A DNA stretch of 64,000 bases from Chiloscyllium plagiosum (taxonomy: Eukaryota), in contig NC_057718.1 in assembly GCF_004010195.1 (NCBI RefSeq), positions 32,624,486-32,688,485 of the forward strand, written 5' to 3'. Position numbers and translations under genes: made by a program. Shown here in pieces: positions 47,261-58,329 of this stretch. Each line of letters begins with the position of its first letter. Within the stretch, counting starts at the first letter, position 1. The notes under the pieces are model-generated. The model made no database searches and had not been told where the DNA came from. It worked only from the letters and a program-made list of their open reading frames with translations.

Positions 47261-50200
47261 GTACTTCACATGGTTCCATGTTCTCTTGCATATAGACACT
47301 TGCCAGCCTCAAACACATTTAAACACTTGAACTGCACCTTTTTGTGATGTATTATGTAGAAAATAAAGTAAGCTGCCTAGACCTTCTGTTATACTGCATT
47401 CTTCAATGCCTTCTCTATTGAGGAGGAGGAAATGTTCAGTTCAATAATGACTACATGAAACTAAGCTTGTGTTACTCTTACTCAGAACAATATGCTATAA
47501 TTTTTACAGCCGTGCAAACAAATATAGCTCTCAATATGTTCCCCTCAGTGACTGGATTTGATGTACAGATTGAAATTATTGTATAAACATGTCTGAATGT
47601 GAAAGGGTTAAATGTTGAGGAGTGACACACAACCCACTCTGAAGTTATATGAAATTTGAAAGTGAAAGAATGGGGAGACAGTGATGAAGAGCAACAAACT
47701 GTCATTCTCATCAATGTATGGTCGACAACTGAGATGTTGACACTTGGCATACTTTAGAAATAGCTTAGAGGTGAGATTTGAAATGGATGAACTACAACGC
47801 ACATGTGGCCTGCATTGATAACTCTTACTCCAACCCCTTATTTATATATTTTCAAATGAATCATTTAAAACTTATGTAGAAGAACTGTTCCTGGATATGG
47901 AAGGAGTAAGATGTGCTCTCTCAACTCTTTAGTCGGCCCTTTAGTCTCTATAATAATAATGTCGATCACATGCAATGTGTGCACGGTTTTAATGCAGCCA
48001 GTTTATGTCCTCTTCTCATTAGAGTACCAAAGTGATGTTCCTCTACCACATAAGATCCCTCCGAGGAAAGAAGATGGTGGCAACAAATTTCTCCAATAGC
48101 TTATATAACAGTGATTTCAGAAAAAAAACCTGCAGTATTAGTGCCTGTCTTCTGACTGGGGTCTGCGCTTCTCATTGCAAATTCAGTAGCAGCTGGCTTT
48201 TAAGCTGCATAATTATGGAAACAAAAATATTTTGTGCAGATTTTATGTCTTGCATTAACTCTGAGCCAGCTGATTCAATTTATTGCAATTGGTTATCAGT
48301 TCATCTTCAAAGCAAAACTGAAGGCTAGGATGGCCTTGGCAGTAATGCCTCAGCTCTGTCTTCGTCAGTCACTGTGTGATACATATTTAGGTTAAACTTT
48401 TGTTAAAAACTCTTCAGTAATGTTTGGAACATTACTTTCCGCACAAACAGCCAACTCACAAATCAGAAACTCCTTATAGTCCCTCTGTGAGGCAAAAGGC
48501 TCTGCTCACATTGCAATTTCTCAGAAGGGTCTATTTCTGTTCAACACTATTGATAGAGTGCTGCACTGTTGGGGATGTCTTCTTTTTTGATGAGACATTA
48601 AGCTCAGGCCCCATCCGCTGTCTCAGGTTACTTTTTGTTGTCCACACATGGCAAATAGGCATTAATGGTAAGGCCAGCATTTATAGCCCAACCATAATTA
48701 CTCCTGAAAAGGCCATGGTGAGCCACCTTGATGAACTGCTGCAGTCTGTTGGTTAGAGTGGGAGTTCTAAGTTTCTTTTATCCAGCAACAGTAAAGAAAC
48801 TGGGATAGATTTCAGACTCATCATTCTGCATGATTTAAAAGGGAACTTGGTGGCGTTCCCATGCATATACTGCCCTTGTCCTTCTGGATGATACAGTTCA
48901 CAGATTTAGAGAGCTTCTGTCATTGAAATAAACATGAATTTGGCACACCAAACTCTAAAATGATCTTAAAAGACAAGGCAGTTGTGTGCAGAGTCCTGGC
49001 CTACATTTATCCTTCAACAAAATACCTTGAAACAAATGAACTGGTCATTTTCACTTTCATATCCTTGACAACAGTTACATGTGCAGCAAAACCGACTCTA
49101 CACCTTATCAATGGGTAGGTTTGCTGCTAGCATTCTTTTAAGTGGTAACCTACAGAGCCTGCTGATCCAGTGTGGGAGAGGAATCATTTACTAATCCAAT
49201 TAAAACAGTCTCTTGTATTGAACACAAAGTTATATTGCATGTTCACAGAAAGTTAGAGATTATGACTTGGGTGTTAGGTCTCACTTCTCAGAGATCCTAA
49301 GCAATTCTTCCCACATGTGACATTGTGATAGTGGGATGTATGTATGGCATACTTCAGTTCTGACTCTTTCAGATCCATATACTACAGCCTCTTGAGCTGA
49401 ACCTCTGGGTTCTGTCAGAGTTTCCCAACTCCATCCCTGGAATTTGCAGAAGACCTGCCCCATGAGGCCCAAAGCTCATTAAAACCTTCTGGAACTGCAG
49501 TACAAGGAGGCTTGCTGTGACGGTGTAGTCTCTCAAACCCACAAGAGGCAGGTTAATCACCATGTCATGGGCAATGAGTGGCAGGTTGTGTGCTCAGCTC
49601 TCTCACCCTGGGGAGGTAGTGGGCGGGGTGTGAAGAGAGAGAAAAAAAGAGAAAAGAGAGGAAAAAAAAGGAAAAAAAAAGAGAGGAGAGCGAGCCCACA
49701 GATCATCCCATGGAGGGATTACTGCCCATTCTCCATAGTGCTGGCCTGGCTGCAGGAGCCATGTTGTGATTTAAAAGGTTGGGCGAGATGGTGCCCCAAT
49801 GTTGAAGCAGTCTCACTTTTTTAAACCAACCTACCCCAAAAGCCTGCTGTTCCTCTCAATCTGGAAGGCTTTTGATTGGCTGTTTGGCTTTGAGAGCTTG
49901 CAATCCACCCTTAATAAAGCAGTTTCCAGGATTCAGTGAGCAGATTTGCAAAAATCCCAAAATGTGGCTGTTCTCCTCAGAAGATGAGTTCACAGTTTAG
50001 AAACAATTCCAATTCCACGAAAATCAGCGTTCCCACGTTCCCCACATTACAACAGTGACTGTACTTTGATATAACACTGAATTGGATGTAAAGTGGTTTG
50101 GGATCACAAAAGCTTCTATACACGAGCAATTGTTATCTATGAGGCTCGCTGCATTTAATTGCTGCATGTTATACTTTATCAGATGTGTCTTTAAACTGAT

Positions 50201-50645
50201 TTGATTTTTTTTTAACATAAGATCCATTTCGCTGTCCAGCATGGAAAATTTCACTTCAAAGGAAGATGAGCATCTCTATTCAAATAGATGGGATGATGAG
50301 AATCATTTGCCAAATTCACATTAGGACCAGAGCCAATTTATGTTGTTTACCTGCCACACTGGGGTTGAGTTAAATTCATTTTAACCATTATAGCATAGGG
50401 TCTGGTACCAAGGCTCAGACAGTCTGCCTTTGTAGTGCAAACAGATAAAGAAAACTTGAAACAGGCGTCTGTGGAGAATGCCTTGTGCTGTGAAGTGCAT
50501 TTGGCAAAGAACTAATTGCAAAGGGCTGGTAATCATACTGTTAAAAATTATATCCATCTCTAATGTATACATTAATTATACATTAAATGTTTGAATTATA
50601 TAGATCACTTCCTGCAAAACTGTATTGGGACCATTCTATGATGCA

Positions 50646-52840
50646 GAGCTGAAAAATGTGTTGCTGGAAAAGCGCAGGTCAGGCAGCATCCAAGGAACAG
50701 GAAAAATCGACATTTCGGGCATAAGCCCTTCTTCAGGAATGAGGAAAATGTGTCAAGCAGGCTAAGATAAAAGGTAGGGAGGAGGGACTTGGGGGAGGGG
50801 CGTTGGAAATGCGATAGGTGGAAGGAGGTCAAGGTGAGGGTGATAGGCNNNNNNNNNNNNNNNNNNNNNNNNNNNNNNNNNNNNNNNNNNNNNNNNNNNN
50901 NNNNNNNNNNNNNNNNNNNNNNNNNNNNNNNNNNNNNNNNNNNNNNNNNNNNNNNNNNNNNNNNNNNNNNNNNNNNNNNNNNNNNNNNNNNNNNNNNNNN
51001 NNNNNNNNNNNNNNNNNNNNNNNNNNNNNNNNNNNNNNNNNNNNNNNNNNNNNNNNNNNNNNNNNNNNNNNNNNNNNNNNNNNNNNNNNNNNNNNNNNNN
51101 NNNNNNNNNNNNNNNNNNNNNNNNNNNNNNNNNNNNNNNNNNNNNNNNNNNNNNNNNNNNNNNNNNNNNNNNNNNNNNNNNNNNNNNNNNNNNNNNNNNN
51201 NNNNNNNNNNNNNNNNNNNNNNNNNNNNNNNNNNNNNNNNNNNNNNNNNNNNNNNNNNNNNNNNNNNNNNNNNNNNNNNNNNNNNNNNNNNNNNNNNNNN
51301 NNNNNNNNNNNNNNNNNNNNNNNNNNNNNNNNNNNNNNNNNNNNNNNNNNNNNNNNNNNNNNNNNNNNNNNNNNNNNNNNNNNNNNNNNNNNNNNNNNNN
51401 NNNNNNNNNNNNNNNNNNNNNNNNNNNNNNNNNNNNNNNNNNNNNNNNNNNNNNNNNNNNNNNNNNNNNNNNNNNNNNNNNNNNNNNNNNNNNNNNNNNN
51501 NNNNNNNNNNNNNNNNNNNNNNNNNNNNNNNNNNNNNNNNNNNNNNNNNNNNNNNNNNNNNNNNNNNNNNNNNNNNNNNNNNNNNNNNNNNNNNNNNNNN
51601 NNNNNNNNNNNNNNNNNNNNNNNNNNNNNNNNNNNNNNNNNNNNNNNNNNNNNNNNNNNNNNNNNNNNNNNNNNNNNNNNNNNNNNNNNNNNNNNNNNNN
51701 NNNNNNNNNNNNNNNNNNNNNNNNNNNNNNNNNNTCCTCCGACCGTCGGGTTGTTGTGGTTAGGTTGGGTCGGTGGGGGGTGTGGATCTGACAAGGGAGT
51801 CGCGGAGGGAGTGGTCTCTACGGAAAGCTGATAGGGGTGGGGAGGGAAATATATCCTTGGTGCTGGGGTCTGTTTGGAGGTGGCGGAAGTGACGGCGGAT
51901 GATGCGCTGTACATGGGGATTGGTGGGGTGGTAGGTGAGGACCAGTGGGGTTTTGTCCTGGTGGCGGTTGGAGGGGCGGGGTTCAAGGGCGGAGGAGCGG
52001 GAAGTGGAGGAGATGCTGTGGAGGGCATTGTCGACCACGTTGGGGGGGAAATTGCGGTCCTTGAAGAAGGAGGCCATCTGGGATGTGATTTTTTGGAACT
52101 GGTCCTCCTGGGAGCAGATGCGGCGGAGTCGAAGGAATTGGGAGAATGGGATGGCGTTTTTACATGGGGCAGGATGGGAGGAGGTGTAGTCCAGGTAGCT
52201 GTGGGTGTCGGTCGGTTTGTAGTAGATGTCCGTGTTGATTTGTTCGCCTGAGATAGAAATAGAAAGGTTGAGGAAGGGGAGGGAGGAATCTGAGACTGTC
52301 CAGGTGAATTTGAGGTCGGGGTGGAAGGTGTTGGTGAAGTGGATGAACTGTTCAACCTCCTCATGGGAGCACGAGGCATCGCCGATACAGTCATCGATGT
52401 AGCGGAGGAAAAGGTGGGGGGTGGGGCCAGTGTGTGGTTGCGGAAGATGGATTGTTCCACATATCGTACGAAGAGGCAGGCATAGCTGGGGCCTATGCGG
52501 GTGCCCATGGCTACTCCTTTTGTTTGGAGGAAGTGGGAGGATTGGAAGGAGAAGTTGTTCAGGGTGAGGACCAGTTCAGTCAGTCGAAGGAGGGTGTCTG
52601 TGGAAGGGTACTGGTCGGTACGGCGGGAAAGAAAGAAGCGGAGGGCTTTGAGTCCTTCGTGATGGGGGATGGAGGTGTATAGGGACTGGATGTCCATGGT
52701 GAAAATAAGGCGTTGGGGACTGGGGAAGCGAAAATCATGGAGGAGGTGGAGGGCGTGGGTGGTGTCCCGAACGTAGGTGGGGAGTTCTTGGACTAAGGAG
52801 AACAGGACTGTGTCAAGGTATGCAGAGATGAGATCGGTGG
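50646..52840 (-). mobile_element. Young Penelope-like retroelement spanning a gap, flanked by a TSD
   Basis: RT motifs MDIQSLYTSIPHHEGL...QTKGVAMGTRIGPSYACLF and, after a frameshift, RYIDD. Terminal repeat at 50646-50740. TSD cattcta(t/c)gatgca at 50632-50645 and 52854-52867. Confidence 0.88.
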
Positions 52841-53059
52841 TTCATTCTATGTTCATTCTACGATGCACTCAAGAACACTACTTGGTGGTGAGACTTAAGC
52901 TCACACACAAATTATATGTTAGTGGCCCTAATCACACTTTTGTAATTATGAAAAGAATTAATGCTTATTTTGTTCTTTTTCTCTGCAAGGAAGTTTTCAG
53001 CTGAAACCAACATTGATTTTCTGTTACTTTTACTTGTAATTTATTTGATTGCTTTTACT

Positions 53060-54070
53060 AATTAGGACAAAATTTATTGCCCATCGCCAATGGTCCTACA
53101 GAACATGGTGAGCTATGGACTGACTTTGGACAATCAGAAGGTAGTTACTTACTGCTGAATTCTTAGCCTCTGACCTGCTTTTCTAACCACAGCATTTACA
53201 TAGCTTGTTTAATTCAGCTTCTGATCAATAGTAACCCACAGGATGTTGATCGTGGGAGATTCAATGGTGTTAATGCCTTTCAACGTCATGGGGTGATGGT
53301 TAGATTCTCACTTGTTAAAAACATGGACTGAATGTGGCAGGACTGCAGAGCTTAGATCTGATTCACTGCTTATGAGATCGCAGAGCCCTGTCCATTGCAT
53401 GCTGCTTCTGCTGGTTTAGTCCTGTGGTGTAGTTTCACTAAGATGAAATCTCATTTTTAATTGTGTCTACTGCTGCTCCTGCCATGCCCCTTCATTGAAC
53501 CAGGGTTGATTTCCCAGCCTTATGGTAATTGTTGAGTGAGGGATATATCAGGCCATGAGGTTACAGATTGTATTGAGCCACTGATGGCCATAGTGCCAAG
53601 TGGATGCCCAGGTTTGAGTTGCTAGATCTGGTGAAAATCTGTCCCAATTAGCAGAGTAGTGGTGCCACACCATAAGATAAAGAGTATCCTCAATTTTAGG
53701 TGGGACTTCCCCTCCACAAGGACTGTCCAGAGGTATCCCCTACCAATATGGTGATAGACAGATGCATCTGTGATAGGTGGACTGGCGAGGATGCAGTCAA
53801 GGATGTTTTTCCCCTGTTGTGGTTCCCTCACCACCTGCAGTGGACCCAGTCTAATAGCTGTATATTTAGGAGTCAACCAGGTCAGACAGTAGACCTGCTG
53901 CCAAGCCACTCTCAATGACAGACATCGAAGTCTCCCACCCAGAAGACATTTTGTACCCTTGCCACCCTCCTTGCCTCTGTGGTACTGATTCATCAGTCAA
54001 GGCAGGGGCAGTAGGTGGTACTCAGCAAGTAGTTTCCTTACCCATAATTGTTCTGATACCATGAGACTTC
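53060..54070 (-). mobile_element. Degenerate LINE, same family as 58330-61350
   Basis: LQVVREPQQGKNILDCIL endonuclease-end motif; shares blocks with 59220-59400 and 60530-60850. Confidence 0.65.
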
Positions 54071-56164
54071 ATCAAGCTAGCTTTAAATTCCTGATATTTA
54101 TCAAACTCCGATTTCACAATCTGTCAAGATAGGATTTGAATCAGTGTCCCCAGTACATTATTTTGGGATCCTGGACTACTAGATAGACATTACCCCCAGA
54201 GAATATCATCCCTTCGCTCTGTTTATTCTTCTATCGGGAATTTAGAAGAACACACATGTACCCTCACTGAAGTGAGCTAATTATAAGACAAATTCCTGAG
54301 AAATAGTAGATTAGCAAATGTTGCATTCACAATCCGAAACAAGGGCTTCCTCACAGAGTGATCTTTGATTACCTGGAGGAGAGAAATGGCAAAGAAAATA
54401 ATCTCTATCTATTATGATGTAGTGAAGTAGTTACACATCATGGAAAAGTTTTAAAGGGGGTTTGAATATATTTGTCCCATTTTCTTTTTCTGCTTGGTCT
54501 AAACTCCAATACCTGGCTATTCAGGCACCTATACAGCTCCAGACAATGTCAATGCATTCTATAGCCTACAAAAGGAGGATAGTAAAATGCAAACTCTCTC
54601 TCTGGTTCTTCCTCCAACTGTGTATGTGGTCTTTGTCACGCAGGTGTGGCACAAACGGAGAATGATGAAGAGGATTGTATCTGTTCAACCTGTGGGGAGT
54701 ATCAGACAAAACTACCACCTCACATCTTTAAATACAAATTTGAAATCATTGGCTTGTAAACTTTAGTCTTTAAAAACAAAAAAATCTAAACCTCCTTAAC
54801 TGATGCTCACCTATTTGTGAGTCCATTAAGCTCGGAGTGCTGCTTTGACCACTTTCTGGGATGAACGGTTATCATGTGAGAAAAAATTAAACAGGTTTGG
54901 GCTATTCACATTTGATGTTTAGGGGAATGAGAGGTGACTGTATTGGATCACTGACTGTATGAGATTCTGATGTGCCTTAACAGAGTAGAATCATGGAACA
55001 CAGTTTAAAAGAAATCTGGAATTCAGTACTACATAGAGCAGTGGAGGCTGCACAAGTGAATATGTTCAACAGGTCTTTGATCCAGAAAGGAGTCATTTCT
55101 GTTTCTTAGGACTTAAGCCCATTACTTCTGCCTGTTTTCCTCTTAGCTCTTTTTATCTCTGTCTCCTCGACTTGGGTCAGGCCACCTTTCATTTCTCAGT
55201 TTAGTTAGTTTGCTGAATTAATCCCCACACAACATCATAACTGCTTTTCTTCCTTCCTCCTTTGTCACCATTCCAGGCTTGAATCCCTACCACAATACCA
55301 TACCTACTTTCTGTTCCCATTATTTTCACCGAATGTCTCAAATGTAAAATTCTCACCATTCATAATTTCACCCCCTTCTTGTCTCTGTAATCATTCCAAC
55401 CCGTAACTGCCCAAAAAACACTCCACACCAACCTCTCTATTCTCCATACCCTGGGTTCATAGGTTTTCCCTTTCCTTTGCCCATTATCATGGCTGTACCT
55501 TTGGTGAAGTACAACTCATGGTTGGAGTTCTGTCACCAAGCCCTTCCATCTGTTTACCTCCCTCAAGTGGCTAAGGCAGTCTCAAAAACAAAATACCTCT
55601 TTATCAAGCTTTTTCTGGTTCCAGCATTTTTCCTCACATCTCCTGGTCTTCTCAACTACCTTTGCCTGATTATGTTCCCAGAATTACTTGGGATATTTTG
55701 CCTCTGTTTAATGTGCAATATAAATTCAGGTTGTTAACTCAACCTTTTTGTTAAAACAATTCGAATCCCATTTCCTCATTTGTGTACTTCTCCCCATTAG
55801 TCAAACAGGTTTCTGGTTTCGTGTGTTTAAACTTGTTGCCAATTGCAATGTTACTGAATGAACCGCCTCCTCCAGATTCTGAAAATCTTTTTGAGCCGCT
55901 CTATGATATTTCTCTACGGTACGAGTGAGATTTTACAGTCGATCAAAATACCTCCACTTAAACAGAGTTAAAATCAGGCTCTCTAGTCTCTGTTGAATCT
56001 TAATCCTGAACTCCAGTGATGTTAATAAGAACAACATTTATTCCCTGAAATGAAAATGATCAATGACTACTCTCACGATATGTCAACATTTGAAATGGAA
56101 GTGTTGGTCATGCTCCTGTCGGATTGCTTGTGAGGGCATTACTTTGGGGTGGGAGGCACACAGA

Positions 56165-56625
56165 AGAAACCTAGAAAATAGGAGCAGGAATAGGCCATTC
56201 GGCCCTTTGAGCCTGCTTAGCCATTCATAACGATCATGGCTGATCATCGACCTCAGTACTCTGTTCCTGTCTTTCTCCCCTTACCTTTGGATCTCTTTCG
56301 CCCTAACAACTATATCAACCATTCAACGATTTGGCCTCAACCATCTTCTGTGGCTGAGAATTCCTCAAGCTCACCACTCGCTGGGTGAAGAAATTTCTCC
56401 TCATCACAGTCCTAACCGCCTCCCCCGTATTCTTAAACCGTGACCCCTGGTTCTGGACTCCTTTGTCATCAGGAACATTCCTCCTGTGTTTACGCTGTCA
56501 AGTCCCGATAGAATATTATAGGTTTCTATGAGATACTATTGCCCCCTCCTATTCTTCTGAACACCAGTGAATAAAGTTCTATGCGATTCAGTCTCTCTTC
56601 ATATGTCAGTAGTGCCATCCCAGAA
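56165..56625 (-). mobile_element. CR1 3' fragment
   Basis: LTYEERLNRIELYSLVFRRIGG; tail ataggagcaggaataggccattcggccc. Confidence 0.75.
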
Positions 56626-58329
56626 GGGACCAACCCATTCCACATAACGACTGCCTGGTGAATACTTAATTCCTGCCCCGGTGAAATATCAGAAGAAGCT
56701 GGTAAATAAGGGGCACATGCTGTTTCCGTAATACTCAATATATGTCCCCCCTCTATTGCCTGCCAGCTATCTTGCAAATTTAGTTCAGTAGCTCCACAGC
56801 TACCTCATAATCCATCAGTTTTAAAGCAACTCTTTAATATTAAGAATGGTAATAAATTAATATTGGTTAAGATTTAAACCATAATAGCTGACTGCTGCAT
56901 TTTGTATCTTCAGTTATTCTTCAGTAAACTCAAATTAAAAATAAATAAAGGTTTTAAAACCTCACCATTTAAATGAGAAAGGAACTATCTATCACATTCT
57001 ATTAGATCTACAATCCAGAAAAGCCAACAATGACATTTTCTACAACTTTGCATTTCTTTATATTTGCATTCTGGCTCAGAGTTAGGAACAGTCTGTCTTA
57101 GAGAAGTCTATGCTAGTACCAGCTACTTGCTTGGAAAATACACGTGTTCACTCACAAGTACAGTTATGAAAAAAATCAAAATGCCGAAAGGAAATAAACA
57201 TTTTTACTCATTTTAGATGATAGCTATTGACAACTTTGACAGTGTTGTTCTAAGTACAGCTGAGTCTTCACCCGATAATTACACTATAACTGCAGCATTG
57301 GAGTAAAACTGTACACAGTAATGCTACGGTTGTAATATGAATCTACAGTTAAACTGGAGGTACTTTTTCCAAAGGTTTGGTTATCGAAACTGAACAGTTG
57401 CTGTTCAAATGAGCAGTGGGGATAACTTTATCATCCCAAAACAACTTGTAATGGAATCTAATGTTTTGTCTGAATGGGCCAAATCTACATTGGTAGCTAT
57501 GACTATGTAGTACTTTTTTTAAAATGTTGGATTTGGACTTTGCTGGTAGGGCAAGCATTTATTGCCTAGCTCTAATGGTCTTTGGAGCAGGTGGTGGGAG
57601 CTGCCTTCTTGAATTGTTGCGGCGCATTTGTTGTTTGCAGATTTTTTTTAGAAAAACACATCACAGTGGAACTGTTTATTTTCAAAATAGGCAGGAAAAG
57701 TGATTCACTCCAAGTGGGATTGAAATCAACAAAGTTCTGAAGGATATTCATCTTGGTCCTTACACAATGCTGGAAATAACATTGTAATAAACAAATTTTA
57801 CAAAAACAAAAGCTGAAATGTGAAAATACAGAAGACAAACTTCCCGTTGAAATTAGAGAACAAATATTTTCTTGCACTTTTCAAATGTAAGGATAATTTT
57901 CACCAATTTATTAAGAAAAAGTATTGCTTAAGGCAGCTTCTATCATGAATCGCTGTGACCTAGTGGTGACCCATTAACTTTGGTTAACACACTTCCTGAA
58001 GCAGTCATATGCAAAACCAGAACATGCACCTGCCAACACAGACAAGTCCATATTTTGCATCAACGGCCCATTCTCTGTGTCTTGTTTACCTCCACTTCAT
58101 CAGACATTGCAAACCTCAACTTCCGCAGTAAACCTCAAGAGTTACTAAAATGGATTGTTTCTCGTGGGAAATCTTGCGATTTGTGTTCTGTACACGCAAG
58201 CTGCATTTCTAGTTATGATTAAGCACCAACATTTGAGAAGGTGTAAATTAATTAAAAATATCATATTAAAGTTGACTTTCAACTTTGAGACTCTGAAACA
58301 TGACTGCCAATGATGCTATGGAGTGATCC

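Noticed and set aside
50024..50254. ORF beginning MKFSMLDSE as a missing PAS exon
   Set aside because: Superficial similarity only; no RHSMDMKFTYCD or EFYHALD motif, and it overlaps a SINE remnant.
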